A DNA stretch of 64,000 nucleotides from a virus. Its lineage: Duplodnaviria; Caudoviricetes. A model generated the notes under the pieces. It was not told where the DNA came from. It saw only the letters and a program-made list of their open reading frames with translations, and searched no databases. The number at the start of each line of letters is the position of its first letter. Positions within the stretch are counted from its first letter, which is position 1. The stretch covers positions 32,001 through 96,000 of the IMG/VR virus record IMGVR_UViG_3300021399_000009, one strand, 5' to 3'. Both the position numbers and the translations under genes were made by a program. Below, piece by piece: positions 27,318 through 39,200 of this stretch.

Positions 27318-28886
27318 TTAACTTACAACAGCAGTCAGTGTTCCCAAACTTGGCTGATGAAGTCTTACTATCTTATAGGTTGTTGTATATCCACTTGCAT
27401 TTGTAAATGAACGTGAAGCAACAACGGTATCAAGGTCTGTATCAAATCCATTTACCTTTACGCTTATAGACATTCCAGTAGGAATAGCCCAATAACAATA
27501 CTGTCCTGTTCCTGCGGTAAAGTTATATGAACCCTTTGCGTTTGTAGCTAACTTGTTTCCACTAAGTCCAAGAATCCACGCATCTGTATAATTGTCTTGG
27601 TCTGCACTTACACCCCAATAAACCTTGTTCATAAACTGGAATGAAATAGATTTTGTTGCTGTCTTTTCACCATCACCACAAGTAAGAGTAAATGTCTTAT
27701 TAGCAGAAATGTCATTAGCATAAGTAGCTGTTCTTACTGTCTCGTCAGCAAGTGTACAATCTGTAAGTGTCTGACTTGTCATATCCTTATTGTAAGTCCA
27801 GTTGAATACAACACCACCTGTGATAACCGCACCATTTTCATACTGTAATGTAGAAGGTGTAGATGTGAAAGAAGAAATCTGAGGGTCAATGTAATACAGC
27901 TTTACAAAGATAGCATCAAGTGCAAGGTCTACGTTGGTATAAGTAGGGAAGTCCGCATTTGTATAGCTTACATTCTCTGCACTACCACCAAGAGTAGATA
28001 AGGGAGCGAGTGTTATATCTCCGTTTTCATCTGTGATAACTGCTTTATTCGCATTGGTTGAACCCTGTGACGTACTTACCTTACCATTTATTTCTGTTTC
28101 AATAAGTGTCTGTAATGCTTTCATAGCGGCAATATCAGGTACTTTGTTTGTAACAACTTCTTCACCAGTATATGTGCTTACTACATCAGTAGTCTTTGAA
28201 ACATATTCATCAAATGAAATTGAGCCTGCACTAACGATAGTTGTCCATTCTCCATCAATAAGAATAGACTGCATAAGTTTGTCGCTATCCTCATAATAGA
28301 ACCATATAGAACCAGCATCAATTGTGTGGCTTACTCCACCCTTGACATAAGTAATCTTATCTGTTGTGCTGTCATAAGTAGGCATAGCATCACACTTAAT
28401 TGCTTCATCTACATTAAGCAAAGCTATCTGTTCGTCAGTATAAGTATTTGCATCAGAAACTCCCTGTGCTACTTTACTATCAACAGAGCCAGTAACAGTT
28501 GAATCGCTATTAAGAGTTGCTATATCTTCTTTATTCTGTTGTACCTGTGCTTTTTCTGTATCATCATAATCATTAGTCGAAAGACCTTTACCAGTTTCCT
28601 TTTCAACATACTGCTCTAAGAAAGCATTAATTTCTGACTTAGTATAATAATTCAAAAGGTCAGCAGAACCGCCACTTAATACTCTCCACTTACCTGTTTC
28701 GTCATCAATTGTGTTTGCCTTGTTAAAAAGATAAGGCAATCCAGTTTCAACACACGTTGCTATAAAAAGACTTGGTAAATAATTCTCATTATATTCTCGC
28801 ATATCAGCGAGAGTTTCAAACATATCTCTCTTGACATTAGGAGAAGATTTTCTAATGTCAAAGTTATCTAACATACTAACAGCCAT
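27318..28886 (-). CDS. Tail fibre-like structural protein
   Basis: GKGLSTNDY motif; beta-rich C-terminus paralogous to the next gene. Confidence 0.65.
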   Translation of the reverse strand: MAVSMLDNFDIRKSSPNVKRDMFETLADMREYNENYLPSLFIATCVETGLPYLFNKANTIDDETGKWRVLSGGSADLLNYYTKSEINAFLEQYVEKETGKGLSTNDYDDTEKAQVQQNKEDIATLNSDSTVTGSVDSKVAQGVSDANTYTDEQIALLNVDEAIKCDAMPTYDSTTDKITYVKGGVSHTIDAGSIWFYYEDSDKLMQSILIDGEWTTIVSAGSISFDEYVSKTTDVVSTYTGEEVVTNKVPDIAAMKALQTLIETEINGKVSTSQGSTNANKAVITDENGDITLAPLSTLGGSAENVSYTNADFPTYTNVDLALDAIFVKLYYIDPQISSFTSTPSTLQYENGAVITGGVVFNWTYNKDMTSQTLTDCTLADETVRTATYANDISANKTFTLTCGDGEKTATKSISFQFMNKVYWGVSADQDNYTDAWILGLSGNKLATNAKGSYNFTAGTGQYCYWAIPTGMSISVKVNGFDTDLDTVVASRSFTNASGYTTTYKIVRLHQPSLGTLTAVVS

Positions 28887-28900
28887 TTATAAATCCCTCC

Positions 28901-29923
28901 TTACTTAAATGTTATCTGATTATCTTCCGCTGCTGTTGGTTCGATTAATGTATAACAATAATAATCTATACCATCAACTGATACTTCGCTTCTCTGGAAT
29001 GAATCCCAGTAGTTGATATTGTTGATTTCATCCTTGATACTTGTTAAAGCACCAAATGACTTAGGATAAGCATAGAATACTTTACCCCAATTGGTAGTAA
29101 TTCCACTATAAGTATAAGCCTTTGTATCTTTCAGCACACTTGAACCACTCTTAATAACAGTCTCGTCAGGGTCACTTACACTTGCATCACAAATACCGTA
29201 ATAAGATTTGCCAACAAATTTGATTGTCACAGTAGAACTTGTTGACTGCTGTCCGTCAGTTGTCATTGCCTTAAATGTAACATCTGATTTAATAGGTGTA
29301 GTAGGTGTATACTGATACTGAAAATTACCACCATCAGCAACACCAGTTGTGACCTCATTAAGTAAAGTATCGCCTACATAGAACGATACCTTTGTGACAG
29401 GCTTGCTCTTTTTAGTTACAGCACCTTTAAGAAGAATAGTAGATATACTATCGTTCACAATATCATACAACTTTGTAGCAGGCGTTGTTGAAAGCACAAC
29501 CGTAGGTGGCTGATACTTTACAAGCATATCTTTTACCACTTTCCAAACAGGAGTGTTTACAGAAATAGTCTGACCAGAATTAATACTTCCTTGACTCTCT
29601 GTAGTAACAAAAGATTCAGGGAACTTGTCTGTAACAGTTATTGCACCAGCATCAATAGTTGAACCGTCAGAGAATGTAAATATTAAATGATTGTTCGCAT
29701 TTATAGAAGCGTTTGTAATAGAAATACCCTGTTCACCATCTTTGACAAGCATTTGAGTTGTCTGTACAGTACCAGAATCGCCAGTCCAACGAAAGGTTAC
29801 AAGATGTCCATTATCTACATCTGTGATAGACTGAATTGTACAAGGCTTTCCTCTAACTGCACCAAGTCCCTCTGCTGTTTTACGAACATAAGCTTGACAT
29901 AATGCGTATGTTACAATATCCAT
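28901..29923 (-). CDS. Tail structural protein
   Basis: MDIVTYAL start, beta-rich; position. Confidence 0.65.
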   Translation of the reverse strand: MDIVTYALCQAYVRKTAEGLGAVRGKPCTIQSITDVDNGHLVTFRWTGDSGTVQTTQMLVKDGEQGISITNASINANNHLIFTFSDGSTIDAGAITVTDKFPESFVTTESQGSINSGQTISVNTPVWKVVKDMLVKYQPPTVVLSTTPATKLYDIVNDSISTILLKGAVTKKSKPVTKVSFYVGDTLLNEVTTGVADGGNFQYQYTPTTPIKSDVTFKAMTTDGQQSTSSTVTIKFVGKSYYGICDASVSDPDETVIKSGSSVLKDTKAYTYSGITTNWGKVFYAYPKSFGALTSIKDEINNINYWDSFQRSEVSVDGIDYYCYTLIEPTAAEDNQITFK

Positions 29924-29939
29924 TCAATCACTTCCTTTC

Positions 29940-30134
29940 TTACTGCTCAATCCAAGTCTGAGCTTCTGCATTATAAAAAAACACAGTGCCAGTATCTATC
30001 TCTAAAAAAGCACTACCAGTTAGTATGGGATAGCCTTCATAAAAATCAATTGGTTTAATATCGCTTGATAATCCACGAAATTCAAGTACGGGAGCATTGG
30101 TATGCTCTCCTATTTTTGTCATTGTAATTGCCAT
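29940..30134 (-). CDS. Small tail-associated protein
   Basis: GLSSD.KP...GS.F.EIDTG pattern; AGGAG RBS. Confidence 0.65.
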   Translation of the reverse strand: MAITMTKIGEHTNAPVLEFRGLSSDIKPIDFYEGYPILTGSAFLEIDTGTVFFYNAEAQTWIEQ

Positions 30135-30150
30135 AATAACTCTCCTTTCT

Positions 30151-31368
30151 TTAATCTGGATAAAATTTAATCCTGCACCCTTCTGGAAACGATGTAGGAT
30201 AATACTCGCAATCGCTTGCAATAACTACTAATTTTAATTTAGTTTTTGAAAATGCATAACGTCCTATTTTCTTACAACTTCTGGGAATAACAACTTCCGA
30301 AAGATTAATGGCATTAGCAAAAGCTCCAACTAAAACTTTTTCTGGCATGAAGTTATTAGTTAAACCTTTATATTCGCTGATATACCATTGTGCTAAAGGT
30401 CTACCTTCTTTGTGTTGTAATTCTGGTATTAATTCCGATGTTATATTTCCGTCATGCTCTACCCTAAAGTATGATTTCGGATAAGGTTTAGTCATCTCAG
30501 AATTAGCAGTAGTATAGAAATTATTACAAGTTAATTCATTATCTTTTATGTGCCATATATAATCTGTTTCATAACTTATATCGGAATATAATAGTTCTAT
30601 CTGTACGTTATCTGTTATGTAACCCATGTCAATAACCAGATAGGCTAATCCAGAATAGTCCGCAGTAATAGTTATGCTATAATCTCTTAACACGCTACTG
30701 GCTTCTGATGATACAGCAGTTCTGCTTAAAATCTGATAGTCAGTTATCTGTCCACTACCAGAGGGTTCATTTTTTGTTATAGCGATATAATCTTTATTAT
30801 CACCATACTGGCAAGTAAAACCAGTAGGACTACAGAATTTCAATGAAAAACTTAGGGATAAGCCTTGTGTAACAGTTACAGGAAAGTATATTCTCTCACA
30901 ACCACCCCCACCTGTAAATGTTAAGGTGTTTAAACCATCAGAATAAACGTTATCAAACTGTGTAAAACCAGCAGAGTTTTTTATCCAGTTATCAATATCT
31001 TTTATTCCAGTATCAGATTCTACGATTTCCGCATTACAACTTACAATATCTGACGGAGTTATATTAGTCCCATCGGATTTGCTCAAAACTACACGAAAGT
31101 ATTTTGCAGTTGGGTAATTAGTAATGTCAATACTCTCCCCATTGTCAACCCAACCAGAATCCCACAAAGCTCGATTAGTCGTAGAATCTGCGTATAACAT
31201 AACATTTGTTTTTATGTTACTATTACTTTCTGCGGTAATTTTTATTTGTTGACCAAAATTTACCGTATATCTTCCAGCAGACCTCACTCTGTTGGAAGAA
31301 CTTTGATTGCCATAATCATCAATTGTTCCTTGCTCTATGTCTGTTATATCTATTAACCTTGTCGACAT
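30151..31368 (-). CDS. Tail protein with C-terminal BspA-like LRRs
   Basis: GAFANAINLSEVVIPRSCKKIGRYAF; CBM-like N-terminal domains. Confidence 0.65.
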   Translation of the reverse strand: MSTRLIDITDIEQGTIDDYGNQSSSNRVRSAGRYTVNFGQQIKITAESNSNIKTNVMLYADSTTNRALWDSGWVDNGESIDITNYPTAKYFRVVLSKSDGTNITPSDIVSCNAEIVESDTGIKDIDNWIKNSAGFTQFDNVYSDGLNTLTFTGGGGCERIYFPVTVTQGLSLSFSLKFCSPTGFTCQYGDNKDYIAITKNEPSGSGQITDYQILSRTAVSSEASSVLRDYSITITADYSGLAYLVIDMGYITDNVQIELLYSDISYETDYIWHIKDNELTCNNFYTTANSEMTKPYPKSYFRVEHDGNITSELIPELQHKEGRPLAQWYISEYKGLTNNFMPEKVLVGAFANAINLSEVVIPRSCKKIGRYAFSKTKLKLVVIASDCEYYPTSFPEGCRIKFYPD

Positions 31369-31369
31369 A

Positions 31370-32326
31370 TTAATCACCTACTGGAAATCCGACACTTCTC
31401 AAATAAGAAGCGTCTTGCAATTGTAATGTGGTAACACCTGTCATTCCAACATAAGTTGTTCCAGTCGGAAGTTTATCTGTATTAATTATATACGGATTAT
31501 GACTATGACCATTATCATAATTAAACCTTGCATTTTGATACTCGGTGACATCCATATCAATGACATTGGTAGTGGAACTACCATCCGAGGGAAACAGAGG
31601 ATAGTCCGAATTGGCTACACCTTTCAACGTTCCAGTTATTTTACAATTAAGTATCTTATTACCATAAGTACTTCCAAATAACTGGCTCGGTAAACCATAA
31701 AAATCAAATAGACAAAATTGATAATACTTATTACTATCATTTAATGCATTTTCTATGAAAGATGCGGAAGTACCAAAAGTGATGCTAAACGTTGTAGATT
31801 TAAAAGCTGGGCTACCATTTACTCCGCAAAAAGTCCCACGAGTAATAAAACCACTGAATTGTACATTGTCTGTTAATAAGCGGTCACTACCACTATTAGG
31901 AGTAATAACCCCGTAGTAATCAGTGCTTTCTGAATAAAAGTTTAAAAAATTTATATTTTTTATGGTAGAATTTCCCGCAAATCTTAACCCACACGTATCA
32001 TTAGGCACATAACAATTTATTATGGATGCACCATTCCCATTTAAAGTAACACCATTAAAATTTAATCTAATACCCATAGGAGCATAAGCATTTGCATCAA
32101 GTATAAATCCATTTTCATAATAATCACTTAGCTCAGATTCAACAGGAGATTGTATTCGATTACCCTGAGAATCAAAATACAATTTTCCGTTCATTATATG
32201 TTCGTCTTTAGTTTTTATTGGTACTATAGGCAACTCCACATAAGCTCCTGATGTGCCTATAGCCGTAACAAAGTCATCCCACGTATTAGGAATAAAAGGG
32301 TCATTCTGAATTCCTGTTCCCGTCAT
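31370..32326 (-). CDS. Tail protein (beta-helix-like)
   Basis: GTG..NDPF N-terminus, Asn/Gly-rich. Confidence 0.6.
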   Translation of the reverse strand: MTGTGIQNDPFIPNTWDDFVTAIGTSGAYVELPIVPIKTKDEHIMNGKLYFDSQGNRIQSPVESELSDYYENGFILDANAYAPMGIRLNFNGVTLNGNGASIINCYVPNDTCGLRFAGNSTIKNINFLNFYSESTDYYGVITPNSGSDRLLTDNVQFSGFITRGTFCGVNGSPAFKSTTFSITFGTSASFIENALNDSNKYYQFCLFDFYGLPSQLFGSTYGNKILNCKITGTLKGVANSDYPLFPSDGSSTTNVIDMDVTEYQNARFNYDNGHSHNPYIINTDKLPTGTTYVGMTGVTTLQLQDASYLRSVGFPVGD

Positions 32327-32341
32327 TTATTCGCACCTCCA

Positions 32342-33172
32342 TTATTCAATTTCTTCTATTCCCTCTGGTATATACACTGATTCGATAGTGCTATAATTAA
32401 AACCAGTAGAATATATTTTATTAATTTCTGTATTTTGTATTATCTGTGGAATTTGAGGATTCGTGCTGTTTCCTATGTAATAAATAATTGAATTGTTATT
32501 AGCATCAATAATATAATCATCATCTGTCGTAGGGTCAAATATAACTGTTTCTTCGATATTAAACCCATAAACAAAACATTCAAAATCTAAAAGAGTCACC
32601 ATACCCTTGACATTTAATTGAATTTTATATTTTTGATTCGCTTCAAATTTTAAAGGAAACGAAACTGAAACGATTTCCTTTTCATCCTCGTTTATATTCT
32701 TATATATCGTCTTATAGATTTCTCCATTAATTAATATTTGTAGTCCAAATTCTGTTTGCACCAGTCCTTGTACGTTCATATTAACATTCAATAGTGAAGG
32801 CGAATCAGCAAAACTTAACACCTTACAGTTTGCTAAAGGCATAAAGTCAATTGTTGGTAAATCACCAACGATATTAAAATTAATACACTGAGCTATTGTA
32901 CTTCCCGAACCTTGTCTATTTAACGCAGCTCCTATAAAACAGTTCCTTTGGTTGAAACTGCCTTTGTAGAAAACTTGACATAAATCTCCCTTTTCGAGAG
33001 CACTTCCGCTTAAATTAGGCAATACATAAATACAGTCATTAGACAGCATCTTGACCGAAAAATTATTCGAGTCAACTTGGTCTAAAATAATGCAAGGTGT
33101 AGTATTAATAACGTTGCTTTCGACTATTGCTTTTTTTACCCTTTGGTCTATTACTTGTAAAAAATTATCCAT
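32342..33172 (-). CDS. Baseplate/spike-like protein ending in a single BspA-like LRR
   Basis: OB-like N-terminus; ends FNYSTIESVYIPEGIEEIE. Confidence 0.55.
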   Translation of the reverse strand: MDNFLQVIDQRVKKAIVESNVINTTPCIILDQVDSNNFSVKMLSNDCIYVLPNLSGSALEKGDLCQVFYKGSFNQRNCFIGAALNRQGSGSTIAQCINFNIVGDLPTIDFMPLANCKVLSFADSPSLLNVNMNVQGLVQTEFGLQILINGEIYKTIYKNINEDEKEIVSVSFPLKFEANQKYKIQLNVKGMVTLLDFECFVYGFNIEETVIFDPTTDDDYIIDANNNSIIYYIGNSTNPQIPQIIQNTEINKIYSTGFNYSTIESVYIPEGIEEIE

Positions 33173-33183
33173 ACTACACCTCC

Positions 33184-34383
33184 TTATTCAGTATATAAAA
33201 AGTCTACCTGTGTGGCATCTACACTCATTTCACTACCGTCCAACGGCATAGACAAAGAAGATATGATGAATTTGTTGTCATTAAGATTATTTAATTTGTC
33301 AACAATTGTAACAGCTTTTCCTACGTCCATATGCGGCATTAAAACTGAATTAAAGTTTGCCTTTAGTCCGTTGAAAGTCTCTTGTATAAGCAAATATTCT
33401 GCATATTCTTTACAACGCTGCGTCATCCTTTTTACGTTTTCCTCAACATATGGGATTTCAACAGAATCCATTCTTCTAATTCCTACCAAGCTTACTCGTA
33501 TAGGACTGCATGGATTGTCATTATATGCCGTATAGCTAACATTCTCAAACTCAGACGAGTTAGTGTAAACTGTTACTGTATTTTTAGCGGAGTATTCATA
33601 AGATAAACTTAAATCATTATACAGTCCTTCACTATCTATAAACTCCCATTCTATCGGTGCGTAAGAATATTTATTTGTAGAATCATCAGGTAAGCTTTTT
33701 TTAAAAACCAATCTACCTGCTGCATCATAATAAACATCTGCACCATATCCGTCTGCAAGACTTTTAATCAAGTCTCCAATAGGAGCATTGCTATCCAGAG
33801 AAATTTCAGCCTCGGTGTAAATGCTCTTATAATAATAATCAATCAAAGGAGATATTGTATCTACATTGGACTGAACTCCGTTGGGTAAATTAAAACTTAA
33901 AGCCATAGAGTCAGATATTACTTTATATATATTAGATTGAGGTTCTACAATATATTGTGTTTCGATAATGTTTGTGTTCAAGCTACCATCAATCGCTCCA
34001 CCCTTATCGATACCATTTACAGTAAATACCCCGTCTTGATTTTCAACACCCGTAGCGAGATATACACCCTGTTCAAACCAATAAGTATTAGCGTCATCAC
34101 TTATTCCAATATATAATTTAAATTTCTTACTCATCCAAAACGGATTATCTTCATTTATAATATACTTTCCGTCCTGATTAAAGAAAGAAACATTGCAAGT
34201 ACGTCTGGTCAATTGTTCTAAGTTGATAGTAATTTGTCCTGAAACATCTTTTAATATCTCCCCTTTAATTGAATCAAATGGTTTTTCAAAAATGTTAAGA
34301 AGTTCAACTTTTACAAGATATTTTGGGTTGGATGCATAAAGCATCCTTTTGTATTCGTCATTAACGAGATTCAAATATTCCAT
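33184..34383 (-). CDS. Baseplate hub-like tail protein
   Basis: Position; YYDAAGRLVF and PHMDVG motifs. Confidence 0.6.
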   Translation of the reverse strand: MEYLNLVNDEYKRMLYASNPKYLVKVELLNIFEKPFDSIKGEILKDVSGQITINLEQLTRRTCNVSFFNQDGKYIINEDNPFWMSKKFKLYIGISDDANTYWFEQGVYLATGVENQDGVFTVNGIDKGGAIDGSLNTNIIETQYIVEPQSNIYKVISDSMALSFNLPNGVQSNVDTISPLIDYYYKSIYTEAEISLDSNAPIGDLIKSLADGYGADVYYDAAGRLVFKKSLPDDSTNKYSYAPIEWEFIDSEGLYNDLSLSYEYSAKNTVTVYTNSSEFENVSYTAYNDNPCSPIRVSLVGIRRMDSVEIPYVEENVKRMTQRCKEYAEYLLIQETFNGLKANFNSVLMPHMDVGKAVTIVDKLNNLNDNKFIISSLSMPLDGSEMSVDATQVDFLYTE

Positions 34384-34396
34384 GCAATCACCTCGC

Positions 34397-36217
34397 CTAA
34401 TTTCTTATCCATACATTTTTGACGCTTTCACATTCAATCCAGTCAAAAGAAACCTCTAAAGGTAACGGAGATATGTTTTCTGTAGTGTTTATTTCACTGT
34501 TTAATATCTTAACAATATAAACTCCACCCTTTGCCGTTTTAAGAAGATATAATTCATATTTTTTGACGAACTCTCTCCATTTGTTCATCATATAAGCGTC
34601 ATCTTTATATTCCCCAATCCCACTTCGACAATCTGGATAACCCAGCATGGCAGTTAAATTACCAGTAAGATAATCATTCTGACTGTCAACAACTTTAGGG
34701 AACTGAGAATATCCTATGTGTGTTTCACGATTAATGTTTTGAGTTTCAGTAGTGTCCTGAATATCACCAACAAACTTCCACTGTTCTCCTACACCATAAA
34801 TTTTCTTTTTTGTCTTTTTTGTCTCTGGATAGTCTTTTGTTTCTGAAATTAATCCACTTATTGTATATCCATCCATATTAACATTTATAGACTTTTTAGC
34901 AATACCTTTTTGGCTAATATAAGTTCCTCCTGCGTCCAGATAAGGAACTAACATATATTCAACATTGCATCGGTTAGGTACTGTGTAATCAAAATAACTA
35001 CCATTAGCCATTAATTGATAATCTAAAAATTCCCAATTTTCCGTACCGACATATCTGCGATAGAGTTCACAATATATAACTCTGTTGTCTGAATCTTCGT
35101 AGAACCAAAGCAAACTTACAAATTGTTTTCCTTCCCATCCAGTGCTTATATAGCTTGGAGCAACGACATTATCATGTTGTTCTAAGTCAAAAGAATCAAG
35201 CGTTGGGTCGTATTCGTTATCTACTGCATTTCTTACATTATCTCCCACCGTAATGGTTTGCCCACTTGCACTGGTTATTTCATATTCAACGTAGGTGTCG
35301 CTGTATAAAGACAGCATATCATCAAAAGCAAAAAAATCATAAAAGGCAAATCCTATATCCTGTGAATAAATATCGCCAGATTCGGCAATTAAAGTTTTTA
35401 TGGTAGTATCGTTTGGATATGTCAAATATAAACGAACGTTATACTTGTTAACCAAATCACCTTGCTGTTGAGTATATGTGCCAGTAGTATCGAAAGACAA
35501 ATGATATATGCCTGTAGTTAAGTCTCGGCTTAAATTTCTACCCATAGTATCAACTTCAAAACTTGGAGTTGTTTTGAGTCCGAAACTATATTGTGGGGTA
35601 ATTAAATAATTCTTATAAATCCTGTACTGCATATTAGCGGTCAAATTAAAACTAAAAGGCTCGTCCACAACTACCTTGCCTGTTGTTGGATTATAAGAAC
35701 TTATTAAGTGTCTCTCAGTATTTATTTCTATCATCATGCCAGACACAACTTTTTGTCCGATTACTTGTGATTGTAAATTAACCTTGTCAACAATTAAAGG
35801 CTTTCTTTCGCCATTTACTTCATTCCATTCGTAAATATTCTTTATATTATTCTCGATATAAAACTCTTGATTTGTCATTGATGCATTTGGTTGAAGCTCT
35901 CCGCTTAATGCGTACATATCGTATATCTCAGTGTCGACAGTTCCTTGCATTAGCATGACTTGGGCGATATAGTCTCGCCCGTATGGTGTTTCCCATGGTA
36001 TCTCGTGCTGTGCCGTTTCGCCATTATAACGTATGTGTTGGTTGACTTGTACATTAACAGGCGGTGACGAAACAATAAATTGCCCAGATTCCAAGTCCCA
36101 TATTTTTACCCATGTACACAGTAACAAATCTCCATTGAAAGTGAAGGTAATATCTCTGTCTACATGATGGTCTACTGCAATATTTTGTGGTTTAAAATTT
36201 GTTGGGTATTGAAGCAT
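34397..36217 (-). CDS. Distal tail-like protein
   Basis: Immediately downstream of the TMP; C-terminal LLK..KG and FDWIE. Confidence 0.55.
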   Translation of the reverse strand: MLQYPTNFKPQNIAVDHHVDRDITFTFNGDLLLCTWVKIWDLESGQFIVSSPPVNVQVNQHIRYNGETAQHEIPWETPYGRDYIAQVMLMQGTVDTEIYDMYALSGELQPNASMTNQEFYIENNIKNIYEWNEVNGERKPLIVDKVNLQSQVIGQKVVSGMMIEINTERHLISSYNPTTGKVVVDEPFSFNLTANMQYRIYKNYLITPQYSFGLKTTPSFEVDTMGRNLSRDLTTGIYHLSFDTTGTYTQQQGDLVNKYNVRLYLTYPNDTTIKTLIAESGDIYSQDIGFAFYDFFAFDDMLSLYSDTYVEYEITSASGQTITVGDNVRNAVDNEYDPTLDSFDLEQHDNVVAPSYISTGWEGKQFVSLLWFYEDSDNRVIYCELYRRYVGTENWEFLDYQLMANGSYFDYTVPNRCNVEYMLVPYLDAGGTYISQKGIAKKSINVNMDGYTISGLISETKDYPETKKTKKKIYGVGEQWKFVGDIQDTTETQNINRETHIGYSQFPKVVDSQNDYLTGNLTAMLGYPDCRSGIGEYKDDAYMMNKWREFVKKYELYLLKTAKGGVYIVKILNSEINTTENISPLPLEVSFDWIECESVKNVWIRN

Positions 36218-36242
36218 AATTCACCTTTCCTTTCGATGATAA

Positions 36243-36264
36243 AGCCCCACAAAAGCGTGGGGCT
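36243..36264 (-). terminator. Hairpin after the TMP gene
   Basis: AGCCCCAC/GTGGGGCT stem. Confidence 0.6.
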
Positions 36265-36270
36265 AATCTA

Positions 36271-39200
36271 TCATTTTACATAACTCTCATTTAGTTTCAA
36301 ATCCATATATGTATGAATTTCTTTTATAAACTGACTATGGAACTGTTGCGGATTATCTGCCTTTATAGTCATATTGTTGATATTTACCGCTGTGGAATTA
36401 GATGTTGGGGCAGAAGGTTTAAACGCTCTATTAAGTCCTTGCATAACTCTATTTTCGATTTGTGTAGCGAACTTACCTGTCCTAACCAAATCGTAAAGTT
36501 CCTTAGACTGACTTGCATTAAAGACTGTCTCTGAGTGATTCGGTGTACCATGAACCATTGTCATACCAGTAAAGTCAACAGAGCCACCGTCTTTATATCC
36601 TTTTAATCGCCTTATAATGTCAGCAGCTTTTCCTCTATAAGATTCTCCATTAATGACAGCAAGAGCAGAATCCGCAAAAGTAGAACCTATAGCATCTAAT
36701 GCCAGAGCAATAGTCTCAATTGATGATGTTAAATAATCTATCAAGCCATCCATAGCAGGAGCACCATCGTTTGAAAGTTCTGCTATTTGATTTGTTAAAG
36801 CCTCTATTTTATTTGTCGTATCATCAATTAATTTGCTTTTATCACTTATAGCGTTCATATAAGCTATATAGTGATTCTTAAAGGCGTTTAAGTTATTGTC
36901 TCTCGCCTTTAAGTCTGATGCCTCATTGATAGTTACTTGGTCTAATATTTTCATATAATCTTCGTTTGCGTTTTTAGCGGCTGTTGCTGCGTCTTGCACA
37001 GATTTCTTATATTTATTCCAAGCGTCTATCGTCTTTTGCTTTGCTTTAATCTCAGCATCAACAGATTCAATAGATTTTTTAAGTGTTGCAATTTCGCCAT
37101 TAACAAGCTTAGAGAGTTGATTGTTGTAGGAACGATATTCATTCTTAAACTTGCTAAGAAGTTTGATGTCTTTATTTCTAATCTTTTCACGCCACTCAGA
37201 GCCAAGCAATTCGTCAGCAAGTCTCTCTTTTTCCTCTCTGTCAAGCAAATCTTTTATTCCAGACCACTCATCGGCATAAGCTTCAAATCCCTTTATTTGG
37301 TCATCATAAGCCTTAATTCGCTTGTCTCTTTCCTTTTCAAGCTCTTTAATAGCTTTATCATCATCCGCTTGTTTTAGTGCTTCTTGTGCATTGGCAATTG
37401 CATCTCTGTCAACAGCATATCCCCAGCCCGTAGCAGCACCATAAACTCTAACTTTATTCTTCTTTGCGTTTTCAAGGGCAGCAAGTTTTTCTGCATAATC
37501 TAATGCGTCTTTTCTTTCAGAGTTTTCATCTTTAAGTTTATCAATAAGGTCATTATAATATTTTTCAACCTCGTCTTGATTTTTCTTAATTTCGTCAACT
37601 TGGTCTTTAACCGTAGCACTAATAACATCTGCCACATTATCATAGTTTTTAATAATATCTTCTATTTGCTGTTTTTGCTGTTCAAGAGCGTCAAGCTGTT
37701 CTTCTAATATTTTTTTATTTTCTTCTAATGCGTCTTTTTCATCTTGAAACTTATCAATAATTTGGTCAATCTTATATTCCTGTGCTTTTAAAAGATTGTC
37801 GGCAGACTTGTTTAAATTATCAAGTTCTGTTTTTAATTTTTCCTGAGATTTTTTTAAAGCATCTATCTGAGCTTGTAGCATATTCTGAGTATTAGCAAGA
37901 TTTCCCAAGTGTGCATTATATTCACGAATGAGTGTTGTGTCTCTCTGAATTTCATCACCGTAAGCTTTTGAACTTGCTTTTAACTGAGTGATAGATTTAC
38001 TAAGGTCGCTCTGCGTAGCAACAAGTTCTTGTGAGGGTCTTGAATTGCCTTGTGCTGTTCTTGCTATTTGAGAATTAATTCTTGCATATTCACGTTCGTA
38101 TATTTGAATCTTCTTATCTACATTCTGTTTTGCAATGCGTGATTCTTCCAAATCTTGTTGAATAAGAATTTTATTTTTTTCAATTATATCATCTTTAAGA
38201 GAAATTAAATTTTCAAGTTCAATATGATAATTTCCAGAGCCATCTATACTTGGTACACCCAATAAGTTATTTGTATCTAAATTAAGTATATCCCATGCGG
38301 AACTGTGATTTAATCCTTCTCCTTTAACAGCAGACACCATAGCTGATTCAATCTTACTAATATTATCTAAAGCATCTTTGTGAACAGACTTTAACTGTTC
38401 CTTAAATCTTTCATATACTACTTCTTCATTGCCAACTACTCCCTCCATTGATAATCCCATATTCTTCAATGCAGAATCAGCATATTGAGATAATACTGGG
38501 TATTTATCAATAAGAGATTTTATTACATCTTCCTGCTCGTATAAATTTTGTAAAGCTCCATACTGTTGTGCTGGTGTTTTTGTTGAATCGTTAACCACAC
38601 GATTAAGTTCTGCCATACTCTTGATTGTCGATTCATAAGTAGCTAAATCTTCACTTGATAATAAGTTTTCAAGAGACTCAGAATTAGAAAGCATTTGTTG
38701 TTTAGTCTGAATCGTGTCATAATAGTCAGAAACTTGTTTTAAAACACCTAAAACGTGGTCTTGTCTATCTCCCTCTAAATCAAAATAATCTGCTACAGAA
38801 CCTTTTTGCTCTATTAATTGTTTGTAAGCATCAACGTAAGCGTCTATAGCTCGTTTTGTTTGTTCTGCATCCAGCCCCTCTTTAAGAGAAATATTATACC
38901 TTAAATCTTTTACAGCTTGATTGCCAATCTGCCTTTCGATTATATCTTCATTATATGTAAACAAATCCGATACATTTTGTTCTTCTAAGGCATCTTTTAA
39001 AGATTTATAAAATATATTAGCCTCGGTAACAGCCGCTTTTTTAACGGCATCACTTTTCTCCGTAAGAGTGTCTATTTTAAATGTAGACAAAGAAAGACTC
39101 TGCCCGAAGAAATCCTCGGCATCTTTAATTGTTTGTCTATTATCTGTAAGCCAATTTTCATTTCTCTGCTTTTCTTGTTCAAGCAGTAAACCGATATTAT

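Noticed and set aside
24554-33172. Diversity-generating retroelement or shufflon in the tail fibres
   Set aside because: No reverse transcriptase, TR/VR pair, invertase or inverted cassettes seen by eye.
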